Shown here: piece by piece, positions 7,984-15,901 of the stretch
Layout of the letters: each line of letters begins with the position of its first letter
How positions within the stretch are numbered: the stretch's first letter is position 1
NCBI GenBank assembly: GCA_036824505.1
Contig: DAITAA010000007.1
Coordinates: forward strand, 6,677 to 70,676
Direction of reading: 5' to 3'
Length of the DNA stretch: 64,000 nucleotides
Source: Steroidobacteraceae bacterium
Lineage (GTDB): Bacteria > Pseudomonadota > Gammaproteobacteria > Steroidobacterales > Steroidobacteraceae
Program-made: the position numbers and the translations under genes
The notes under the pieces: model-generated
Told to the model about the DNA's origin: nothing
Database searches by the model: none
Seen by the model: only the letters and a program-made list of their open reading frames with translations

Positions 7984-10851
7984 ATGGGCAAGTATCAGCA
8001 TCGGACGAATGCCGTCCTTACAGGTTCGGGGGTTGTCGGCTCAGGTCTCAGCCGCCGCGGCATCCTGTCGATCGCGATCACCGCGGCTCTGGCCGCATCG
8101 GCGAGCGCCGCCGCCCAGGATCAGCCAGCCGGGTCGGCCGAGCTCGGCGAAGTCGTCGTTTCCGGCATTCGCGTTGGCATCGAGAAAGCAATCGCGGTCA
8201 AGCGCGATTCAGGCAGCATCGTCGAGGCGGTCTCCGCCGAGGACATCGGCAAGCTGCCGGATACCAGCATCGCCGAGTCCATCTCGCGCCTGCCGGGCCT
8301 CACCTCCCAGCGCGCCGAGGGTCGTGCATCCGCAATCAGCCTGCGCGGCACCGACCCGGGTTTCACCACCGCATTGATGAACGGCCGCGAACAGGTCAGC
8401 ACCGGCGATAACCGCAGCGTCGAGTTCGACCAATATCCCTCCGAGCTCCTGAGCTCGGTGGTCGTCTACAAGACGCCGGATTCGCAATTGATGGGCCAGG
8501 GACTCGCCGGCACCATCGACTTGCGTACGGTCCGGCCACTGCAGTACGGCCGCCGCGCTGTGGCATTGAATATCCGAGGCGAAAAGAATTCGAACGATAA
8601 TCTCGGCGCAAACGCAGACGATAACGGCTACCGGGCAAGTTTCTCTTTTATCGACCAGTTCGCTGAAGGCAGGGTCGGCTTTGCCTTCGGCTACGCGCAC
8701 CTCGACTCGCCGTTGGCGACCAAGGGCTTCGGCACTTACGAGCCGTGGAACCCGTCGGGCGGCGGCGACACCACGTTCGATTGCCCGGGCGGGAATGCGG
8801 GCGCGTGCCAGAACAATCCCGGCGTGGCGCCCGGCCAGTTCGCGACCAACGGCATGAAGGTCCGCGCCGACATGGGTTCGACAGAGCGTGATGGCGTCAT
8901 GGCGACCCTGCAGTTCGAACCGAACGACGTCTACAGCGGCATCATTGACCTGTACTACTCGACGATGAAGCAGACGGACAACGCGCGCAGCCTCGAGGTC
9001 AATCTCGGCGGTTACCCGGCGCCGTGCTGCGTCCCCGGCCCGTTCGCGGACGGTACAGTTTTTGGTTACTCGGGTACGACGATCGAGAACGACACCGTCG
9101 TTGCCGGCACACTGAACAATGTCACTCCGCTGGCGCGGAACTTCCTGTTCACGACGGACGACGAAATCGTGGCCGGTGGCTGGCGCAACGAGTTCCAGAT
9201 GAACGACACATGGTCGCTGATGGCGGACGTCAGCTACTCGAAAGCCACGCGCGACCAGCTTCAGCCGGAGATCAACGCGCAGCTCGGACCGGCCCTTGTC
9301 TTTGACACTGGCACATTCCAGCTGCGTGGCAACCACGACATGCCGTCTCTCTCGTTCCTGTTGGACTACGCCGACCCGACACAAGTGCTCGTCGGACCGA
9401 CCATCTACGGAGCCGGATACACCAAGAAGCCGCACATCGAGGATGAGCTGACCTCTTTGCGCGTGGACGCAACACGTGCCGCCGACATGGGCTGGTTCAC
9501 GAGCACGTCTTTCGGCGTCAACTACAGCGACCGCACCAAGGACAAGACATCGCCCGAGTCAGGTCTCAGCACCATTGATGGCCTGGCCCACGTGATCGAT
9601 CCCCAGTACCTGCTGAGTCCGACGAACCTGAGCTATGCGGACGCCGGCAGCGCGCTTGCTGTGGACGTGTATGGCGTTCTGAGAACGTACTTCGCCCCGA
9701 TCACCTACGGAAACCCTGAGACGCTGCCATATCTCGCGCCCAAGTACTGGGGCGTCGATGAAAAAGTCCTGACGGGTTTCGTGCGCGGCGAGATGGACCA
9801 TGACATCTCCGACACCGTCACCCTGAAGGGCAATGTCGGCCTCCAGGTCATCAACACGGACCAGAGCTCGAACTCGTTCCTGGCCGCATACGCCTTCACG
9901 CCGGACCAGGTGGTCTTGCCGGTGTCGGACGGCAGGAAGTACACCGACGTCCTCCCGCAGGTCAACTTCGCGTTCATCCTCCCGAACGAACAGAGTTTCC
10001 GGATCGGCGTGGCGAAAGAACTGGCCCGCGCCCGCATGGACGAGCTCAAGGCCACGGAGGAAAGCGGGTACGACTTCAACACCGGCATCCCGGGCGGCAG
10101 CGGCGGCAACGCGCGGCTCGAGCCGTGGCGCGCCTGGGCCCTGGATGTTTCGTACGAGAAGTACCTCGCGGACAGCAAGGGCTACGTCTCGGTCGCCGCT
10201 TTCTACAAGGACCTGGAGAGCTACATCTACAAGCAAACTGACCCCAATCATGACTTCTCTGAATTACGCGCCGCGACCCCCGATGCGTTATTCAACGTCC
10301 CCCTCGACCAAGTCCAGACGACGGGCAACTTCTCGCTGCCGGTCAATGGCCAGGGCGGCTACCTGTACGGTTTCGAGTTCTCGGCCTCCTTGCCGTTCGA
10401 GATGTTCTCCGATGCGCTGGACGGTTTCGGTGCGATCGTCAGCTACTCGTACACCAAGAGCGACATCGAGATCGTGGGTGCAGTCAGCTCGGTGTCGAAC
10501 GACCACATTCCGCTGCCGGGACTGTCGCAGGACGTGTGGAACGCGACGCTGTACTATGAGAAGTACGGCTTCGGCGCGCGCATCGCAACGCGCTACCGTT
10601 CCGAGTACATCGGCGAGGTGACGAACTTCGCGAACGAACGTGGGCTGCGTTTCGTGGACGCCGACATGATCACGGATGCGCAGTTGAGCTACCTGTTCGA
10701 AGACGGCATGCTGAAAGGTCTGCAGATCCTGGCCCAGGTCAACAACCTGACGAACGAGCCGTACATCGCCTATTCCCAGAACAAGTCGCGCCTAATCGAC
10801 TTCCAGGAGTACGGCACGCAGTACCTGCTCGGCGTCAACTACAAGTTCTGA
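7984..10851 (+). CDS. TonB-dependent outer-membrane receptor
   Basis: ATG at 7984 is preceded by TAAGGGGGA. It has a signal peptide ending ASASAAAQD, a plug region (VVVSGIR...DSGSIVEAVSAEDIGKLPDTSIAESISRLPGL), a long beta-barrel and a terminal aromatic (..GVNYKF). The upstream 240 nt of the listed ORF were rejected as coding. Confidence 0.88.
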   Translation: MGKYQHRTNAVLTGSGVVGSGLSRRGILSIAITAALAASASAAAQDQPAGSAELGEVVVSGIRVGIEKAIAVKRDSGSIVEAVSAEDIGKLPDTSIAESISRLPGLTSQRAEGRASAISLRGTDPGFTTALMNGREQVSTGDNRSVEFDQYPSELLSSVVVYKTPDSQLMGQGLAGTIDLRTVRPLQYGRRAVALNIRGEKNSNDNLGANADDNGYRASFSFIDQFAEGRVGFAFGYAHLDSPLATKGFGTYEPWNPSGGGDTTFDCPGGNAGACQNNPGVAPGQFATNGMKVRADMGSTERDGVMATLQFEPNDVYSGIIDLYYSTMKQTDNARSLEVNLGGYPAPCCVPGPFADGTVFGYSGTTIENDTVVAGTLNNVTPLARNFLFTTDDEIVAGGWRNEFQMNDTWSLMADVSYSKATRDQLQPEINAQLGPALVFDTGTFQLRGNHDMPSLSFLLDYADPTQVLVGPTIYGAGYTKKPHIEDELTSLRVDATRAADMGWFTSTSFGVNYSDRTKDKTSPESGLSTIDGLAHVIDPQYLLSPTNLSYADAGSALAVDVYGVLRTYFAPITYGNPETLPYLAPKYWGVDEKVLTGFVRGEMDHDISDTVTLKGNVGLQVINTDQSSNSFLAAYAFTPDQVVLPVSDGRKYTDVLPQVNFAFILPNEQSFRIGVAKELARARMDELKATEESGYDFNTGIPGGSGGNARLEPWRAWALDVSYEKYLADSKGYVSVAAFYKDLESYIYKQTDPNHDFSELRAATPDALFNVPLDQVQTTGNFSLPVNGQGGYLYGFEFSASLPFEMFSDALDGFGAIVSYSYTKSDIEIVGAVSSVSNDHIPLPGLSQDVWNATLYYEKYGFGARIATRYRSEYIGEVTNFANERGLRFVDADMITDAQLSYLFEDGMLKGLQILAQVNNLTNEPYIAYSQNKSRLIDFQEYGTQYLLGVNYKF

Positions 10852-10876
10852 TTTTCGGACAGCCGGTTGGAAACAT

Positions 10877-10912
10877 GCCCCTTGCCAGTTTGCTGGCAAG
10901 GGGCTTCTTTTT
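10877..10912 (+). terminator. Rho-independent terminator of the TBDR gene
   Basis: GCCCCTTGCCAG-TTTG-CTGGCAAGGGGC forms a perfect 12-bp stem followed by TTCTTTTT, 25 nt after the stop codon. Confidence 0.75.
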
Positions 10913-10913
10913 G

Positions 10914-10945
10914 GGTGCCGGGTCGGGGGTTTCGGGGGTTTGGGG
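10914..10945 (+). repeat. G-rich repeat, left copy (GGTGCCGGGTCGGGGGTTTCGGGGG TTTGGGG)
   Basis: The 25-mer at 10914..10938 is the exact reverse complement of 12018..12042. Its first 24 nt are the exact reverse complement of 11968..11991. Confidence 0.9.
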
Positions 10946-10949
10946 AACA

Positions 10950-11837
10950 CTACCGACGACAAGAGGGGTGGTGCCTTGCCACCAGCTCCCGTAACGATGA
11001 CTCGTCTCGATGCAGGTGGCGAGCCACCTCCGAAATGCTCGCTATCCGTCGCGCGACGGCCTGGTGGGCGATCCATGCGCGCACCGTCGTCAATCGTCGC
11101 TGGCGGATGTCCGACACAAGGTCGTCGAGTTCCACTTCGTGCGTCCGGCAAGCCTCTTCGATCAACTGGGAGAGGGACCCAATTGAGCTTGCTTGTCCGA
11201 TCGGTACCCCGATGCTCTTGCGAAACTCGTCATCACCGAGTATTCGAGAGTCATCAGGGTGGACATTAGAGAAAGGCGAGGAAATATTGACCGCGTGCGG
11301 CCCTTCGACGAATGCCCGATAACCCGCAACGGCCTTTGCGCGGCTGGGCCCCCACAATCTCAATGCAAAATCCGTTGTGACCCACGGCTCTGATCGGGTA
11401 CCCACGTAGACAGGATGGCTCGACCAGGGATAGTCGCAGACTTCGGCGACCAGCCCGGCGCGGACGGGGTTGAGATGAACATAGCGCAGCACGGCCAGCA
11501 GGTACCGGTCGGCATCGACCATCACTGCATGGTACCTGCGCTCGAAAAGGTGCCCGGTTGTCGAGAGCCGGGCCTGGACAGTCCTCGCGTACCGACTGGC
11601 GATGCGGAGAATGACGCGTCCAATGGGCATGTCGCCCGCCTGGATGAGCAGGTGAATGTGGTTGCTCATCCAGCAATAGGCGTGCACCCGGGCAGGGAAG
11701 CGCTCGATCGTAGCGGCCACGATGTCGCCGAGCAGCTGCCGGTCATCCTCGCAAAAGAAGATAAGCTGCCGGTGATTGCCTCGCAGTGTGACGTGATAGA
11801 AGGCGCCTGGGACATGTATGCGAAGCCGGCGGGGCAT
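10950..11837 (-). CDS. REP-associated tyrosine (Y1/HUH, IS200-like) transposase with a DnaA-domain-IV-like C-terminal HTH
   Basis: 295 aa. MPRRLRIHVPGAFYHVTLRGN, the HUH motif in WMSNHIHLLIQ, and ERRYHAVMV..DRYLLAVLRYVHLNPVRAGLV (catalytic Tyr block). The C-terminus (..RQRRLTTVRAWIAHQAVARRIASISEVARHLHRDESSL) resembles DnaA domain IV. Confidence 0.8.
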   Translation of the reverse strand: MPRRLRIHVPGAFYHVTLRGNHRQLIFFCEDDRQLLGDIVAATIERFPARVHAYCWMSNHIHLLIQAGDMPIGRVILRIASRYARTVQARLSTTGHLFERRYHAVMVDADRYLLAVLRYVHLNPVRAGLVAEVCDYPWSSHPVYVGTRSEPWVTTDFALRLWGPSRAKAVAGYRAFVEGPHAVNISSPFSNVHPDDSRILGDDEFRKSIGVPIGQASSIGSLSQLIEEACRTHEVELDDLVSDIRQRRLTTVRAWIAHQAVARRIASISEVARHLHRDESSLRELVARHHPSCRR

Positions 11838-11963
11838 CCTTGCCTCTGCAGGTTTCAGTGAAACGTCTAGTGATCATGCAGCGATCGCCGCCGGCTCAGC
11901 CGCCAACATTCTGACGCGTCCCTTCAGAAACGCCGGGTATCGCCGGAGTCGCTGCTATTCGCG

Positions 11964-12049
11964 AAAACCCCGAAACCCCCGACCCGGCACCTGACTCACG
12001 GCACCTGACTCACCTCACCCCCGAAACCCCCGACCCGGCACCTGACTCA
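11964..12049 (+). repeat. G-rich repeat, two right-hand copies (inverted relative to the left copy) plus three copies of GGCACCTGACTCA
   Basis: CCCCGAAACCCCCGACCCGGCACC lies at 11968..11991 and CCCCCGAAACCCCCGACCCGGCACC at 12018..12042. The 13-mer GGCACCTGACTCA lies at 11986, 12000 and 12037. Confidence 0.9.
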
Positions 12050-14691
12050 AGCAGGAACTTCAAGGGCACGTCGACGCGCGCGCGCCAGTCCCTTTCTGAA
12101 TGCTCGTCGCCCTGGTACTTCCTGGTGATCCAGTTGACGCCCTCGGCATAACCGGCCTCGCGCATCAGCCCGTCCACGCGACTCTGGTAGGGCCCGTAGT
12201 CGGCGTCGAGCGTCGACGTGCCGAAGTCGAAGTAGATGCGATGTTCCGCAGCAGGCGGCAGATGCTTCGCGAGGTAATCGATCACGATGCCGTCGCCGAT
12301 CGGAAAGTGCGTCGAGACGCAGCCCGCACCGCCGAAAACCCCGGGATACTCGCTGATCGCGTAAGCCGACATCAGCCCGCCCATGCTCGAGCCCATCACG
12401 AAGGTGTTCCCCCGGTCGGGCAGCGTGCGATAGGTCGAATCGATGAACGGCTTGAGCTCCTCGACGAGGAAGCGAAGGTAGCGGTCACCCAGCAGCCGCT
12501 CGGCCTTCATGCCGTCGACCCGGCTGCCGGTGACCGCCTTCTGCGGCATCAACTCCTCAAACCGCTTCGGCGTGGTCCAGACACCGACGACGATCGCTTC
12601 GCGAACCGCTCCCTGGCGGACCAGCCGCGCCATGGCCGTATCCACGCCCCAGTTGACACCCGAGATCGATCGCCACGGCGATGCGTCGAACAGGTTCTGG
12701 CCGTCGTGCATGTAAAGGACCGGGTAGCGATGCGCCGCGTCCTGGTCGTAGCCTGGCGGCAGCCAGACTTCGATGTTGCGGGCGTCCACCTGACTCGAGG
12801 CAAATTGCTGGTGGAGAACGATCCGGCCCGCAGCGCTGTCGCCCGCGGGCGTAAGTTCGAGGATCGTCGCGCTGCGGCCCGCGACCTCGAGGCCCTGGTC
12901 GAGCCGCTGCTGCCGCCCCGAAAGGACGTCGGTCGCAAGCGTATCGCCGCCGATCACTTCCTGGAACCGCGCGGTGTCGAGGCGCTGCGCATCCGGCGAC
13001 TTGTTGATCACGACCATGAGTTTCTGCCGGTCGGACTGGCGGAAATAGACGTAGCTGCCATCCACGGGCGCGAACTGCGTCAGCCGGCCACGATGAATCG
13101 CGTCCGCACCCTTCCGCCATTGCAGCAATCTACGCGTGTACTCCCGGGCCTCGCGCTGCGTAGTCTTCAGGCCCTCACCTGTGAAGCCGCTCACCGGGTC
13201 TCCGGCCCAGCCGCCGGGAAAGTCGCTGCGGATCACACCGTGAGCCTCGGTTCCCGCGTTCGACATCAGGATCTCGTCGCCGTAGAACAACTGCGGGATG
13301 CCGCGGGTGGTCAGGAAGAAAGCAAGCGCCATCCGCGCAAGCTCGGGCCGCCCGCCGAGCTGCGTCAAGATGCGGCTCATGTCGTGATTGTCGGGGAACA
13401 CCACCAGGTTGTACGGATCCGCATAGAGGGAGTCATCCGCAATTGCGCGATAGATCCTCACCAGGCCCGTCGTCCTGCCCTCTTCTTCCGTGATGGCGCG
13501 GATGGCGGCGTCCTGCAGCGGAAAGTCCATCAAGCCCGGTAGTTGCGACGCATAGCCGTCGGCCCGGGGTCTCCCACGTTGCCAGTACGACACGATGGCC
13601 GGGTCCGTGCTCCATTCCTCGCCGACGATGTTCAGTGCCGGGTACTCAGCCAGCACGCGTCGCGTCCACTCGATGAGGAAATCCTTGTCGGAGTAGGGCC
13701 AGGTGTCGACGCGCAGGCCCGAGAGCCCCGCGTACTCGATCCACCAGAGGCTGTTCTGGATCAGGTATCGCGCCAGCAACGGGTTTCTCTGGTTGAGGTC
13801 CGGCATGGTCGGCACGAACCAGCCGCTGCTCATGGCTTCCCGATCCGCGGCGGCGCCGTGGGGATCCTGCAGGGCTTCGCGGTTGTGGCTGGTGGCCACG
13901 AATTGACCGCCGTGGTTGATCCAGTCGCGGGCAGGCAGGTCGCGCATCCACCAATGCTCCGAGCCGCAATGATTCAGCACGATATCCATGATGAGCCCGA
14001 TGCCCCTGGCGTGCGCCTCGCGCGAAAGCGAACGATAGAGCGCGTTGTCACCGAAGCGCGCATCGACCTGGTAGTAGTCGGTGATTGCATAGCCGTGATA
14101 GGACCCCTGTGGCTGGTCGTTCAGGAGCACGGGATTCAGCCAGAGTTGCGTGAATCCCATGCCGGCGAGGTAATCCAGGTGATCGAGCAGGCCCTGGAGG
14201 TCGCCACCGTGGCGGCCATTGGGGTCGCGGCGATTCGGGGCCTGCCGGTAGCCCGCGATGGCGTCGTTCCCTGGAACGCCGTTCGCGAAGCGGTCAGGCG
14301 TGACCAGGTAGATCACGTCAGCAGGGCCGAAGCCGGCCCTGTCGGCGGAACCGGACTCGCGTGCGAGGAGTTCGTAGTCGTGGCTCAGCGCCGGCACGCC
14401 GTCGCGGCGGAAGTCGATGCGGAATCGGCCAGGGCGCGTATTCTCCGCGAGCGTCAGGTCAATGAACAGGAAGTTCGGGTTGTCGGTCCGAGTGACGCCG
14501 TCGATCGAGACACCGGGATAGTCGAGTGCCGGTTCCAGTTCGGCGATCTGTTCGCCGTGCACCATCAACTGCAGGTGGCTGTCCTTCATGCCAACCCACC
14601 AGAACGCGGGCTCCAGGTGCTCGATGCCGTTCGCCGCGCCTGCGCTTGAGACGAACAGCCACAGCGCGGCGGATAGCAGCCATTTCGTCAT
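12010..14691 (-). CDS. GH13 alpha-amylase/cyclomaltodextrinase-type enzyme fused to a C-terminal alpha/beta-hydrolase 'putative esterase' domain, secreted
   Basis: The start is taken at ATG 14691 (GGGAGG lies 10 nt upstream; the signal peptide is MTKWLLSAALWLFVSSAGA). The ORF track begins at 14748. GH13 regions I-IV are present: DIVLNHCG, GLRVDTWPY, VGEEW, FPDNHDMSR. The C-terminal ~270 aa read EVWLPPGYD..RYPVLYMHDGQNLF...FVMGSSMGG (esterase family). Confidence 0.8.
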   Translation of the reverse strand: MTKWLLSAALWLFVSSAGAANGIEHLEPAFWWVGMKDSHLQLMVHGEQIAELEPALDYPGVSIDGVTRTDNPNFLFIDLTLAENTRPGRFRIDFRRDGVPALSHDYELLARESGSADRAGFGPADVIYLVTPDRFANGVPGNDAIAGYRQAPNRRDPNGRHGGDLQGLLDHLDYLAGMGFTQLWLNPVLLNDQPQGSYHGYAITDYYQVDARFGDNALYRSLSREAHARGIGLIMDIVLNHCGSEHWWMRDLPARDWINHGGQFVATSHNREALQDPHGAAADREAMSSGWFVPTMPDLNQRNPLLARYLIQNSLWWIEYAGLSGLRVDTWPYSDKDFLIEWTRRVLAEYPALNIVGEEWSTDPAIVSYWQRGRPRADGYASQLPGLMDFPLQDAAIRAITEEEGRTTGLVRIYRAIADDSLYADPYNLVVFPDNHDMSRILTQLGGRPELARMALAFFLTTRGIPQLFYGDEILMSNAGTEAHGVIRSDFPGGWAGDPVSGFTGEGLKTTQREAREYTRRLLQWRKGADAIHRGRLTQFAPVDGSYVYFRQSDRQKLMVVINKSPDAQRLDTARFQEVIGGDTLATDVLSGRQQRLDQGLEVAGRSATILELTPAGDSAAGRIVLHQQFASSQVDARNIEVWLPPGYDQDAAHRYPVLYMHDGQNLFDASPWRSISGVNWGVDTAMARLVRQGAVREAIVVGVWTTPKRFEELMPQKAVTGSRVDGMKAERLLGDRYLRFLVEELKPFIDSTYRTLPDRGNTFVMGSSMGGLMSAYAISEYPGVFGGAGCVSTHFPIGDGIVIDYLAKHLPPAAEHRIYFDFGTSTLDADYGPYQSRVDGLMREAGYAEGVNWITRKYQGDEHSERDWRARVDVPLKFLLESGAGSGVSGVR

Positions 14692-14753
14692 GGTCAAAGT
14701 GCCTCCCGGCATGCGCGACAGTGAATCATCCGGCACACGACCCTTCAAGCCCC

Positions 14754-14767
14754 TGAATACGTATGCA
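14754..14767. promoter_or_regulatory. Candidate LacI-type operator TGAATACGTATGCA (13/14 palindrome, central CG)
   Basis: It lies in the divergent region between the GH13-esterase gene and the xylF-like gene. It shares ATACGTATGCA with 7896..7909 and CTGAATACG with 50511..50519. Confidence 0.35.
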
Positions 14768-14827
14768 TCCGGGGCGGCGACTGATCCGGTCCGGCTTTAT
14801 TGTTAGACTTCTTCGCCGAGGTGCCTG

Positions 14828-15901
14828 GTGAACATCCGCATTCTGCTGGTCATCGTTTCGCTGGTCGTCAGCGTCCTCATCGGCCTGACTCTGGCAAAGG
14901 GCGGACTCGACGTTGCCGGCCCGCGCAAGGCCGGCATCACGATCGGGCTGTCACTCGATACGCTGAAGGAAGCGCGCTGGCAGGCTGACCGGGACATGTT
15001 CGTCAAGCGCGCCGGAGAGCTGGGCGCGCGCGTGCTCGTGCTCGCCGCGAACAGCGACGACACGGTGCAGATCGGCGATGTCGAAAAGCTGATCACGAAC
15101 CGGGTGGACGTGCTGGTCGTGGTCCCGCATGACGGCACGGCCATGGCGAAGGCAGTCGCGATGGCGCACGACGCCGGAATTCCGGTCATCGCCTACGACC
15201 GCATCATCCGCGACAGCGATCCGGACCTGTATGTCAGCTTCGACAACGTGCACGTCGGCGAGCTGCAGGCACGCTACCTGATCGAGCACCTGCCGACGCC
15301 GGGCAGGGGCAGGATCGTCCGCATCTACGGCGCCAAGACGGACAACAACGCGGCTCAGTTCAAGCAGGGCCAGGATCTCGTGCTCGAACCCCTGATCGCC
15401 CGCGGCGATATCAAGGTTCTCCACGAGGACTGGGCCGAGGACTGGAAGCCCGAGAACGCGAAGCGCATCGTCAATGCGGCAATCACCGCGAATGGCCCGG
15501 ACATCGACGCGGTGCTCGCGAGCAACGACGGCACTGCCGGTGGCGCAATCCAGGCGCTCAGCGAAGAGGGCCTGGCGGGCAAGGTGATGGTGACGGGCAT
15601 GGATGCCGAGATCGTCGCGCTGCAACGCATCGCTGCCGGGACGCAGACGATGACCATCTACAAGCCGCTGCGCACGTTGGCGCAGGGTGCAGCGGAACTT
15701 GCGGTCCGCCTCGCCGGACGCCGCGTCGTGGTGGCACGCCAGACGGTGAACAACGGCCAGACCGACGTGCCCGCAGTGCTCTATGACGTGGTCACCGTCA
15801 CGAAAAACAACATCATCGACACCGTCGTCCACGACGGGCTCGCCAGCTACGACGAGGTCTACCGCGGCATTCCCGAATCCGCGCGACCACCGCGCCCGTG
15901 A
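14828..15901 (+). CDS. xylF: D-xylose-type ABC transporter periplasmic sugar-binding protein
   Basis: 357 aa with a GTG start. Strong by-eye colinearity with E. coli XylF (RWQ.DRD.FVK.A..LGA.V.V..AN......Q....E..I...VDVLV..P......A.DRII.D.D.D.Y.SFDN..VGELQA..L; ASNDGTAGGAIQALS..GLAGKV.V.G.DA......RIAAGTQTMT.YKP). Confidence 0.8.
   Translation: MNIRILLVIVSLVVSVLIGLTLAKGGLDVAGPRKAGITIGLSLDTLKEARWQADRDMFVKRAGELGARVLVLAANSDDTVQIGDVEKLITNRVDVLVVVPHDGTAMAKAVAMAHDAGIPVIAYDRIIRDSDPDLYVSFDNVHVGELQARYLIEHLPTPGRGRIVRIYGAKTDNNAAQFKQGQDLVLEPLIARGDIKVLHEDWAEDWKPENAKRIVNAAITANGPDIDAVLASNDGTAGGAIQALSEEGLAGKVMVTGMDAEIVALQRIAAGTQTMTIYKPLRTLAQGAAELAVRLAGRRVVVARQTVNNGQTDVPAVLYDVVTVTKNNIIDTVVHDGLASYDEVYRGIPESARPPRP

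Larger units (their letters stand above)
10914..12049 (-). mobile_element. REP/RAYT-like unit: Y1 (HUH) transposase gene bracketed by inverted G-rich repeats
   Basis: Exact 24-25 nt inverted repeats sit 4 nt downstream and about 130 nt upstream of the gene. GC is locally lower: about 50-55% on two hand-counted 60-nt lines, against about 70% in neighbours. Confidence 0.5.

Noticed and set aside
11986-12049. Possible mini CRISPR-like array (three GGCACCTGACTCA copies)
   Set aside because: The units are only 13 nt long with spacers of 1 and 24 nt. There are no cas genes, and the copies are part of the REP-like repeat structure.
12100-14649. Two long plus-strand ORFs (12100..13542 and 13543..14649)
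   Set aside because: Both are antisense to the GH13-esterase gene and have no motifs. This is the high-GC artefact.
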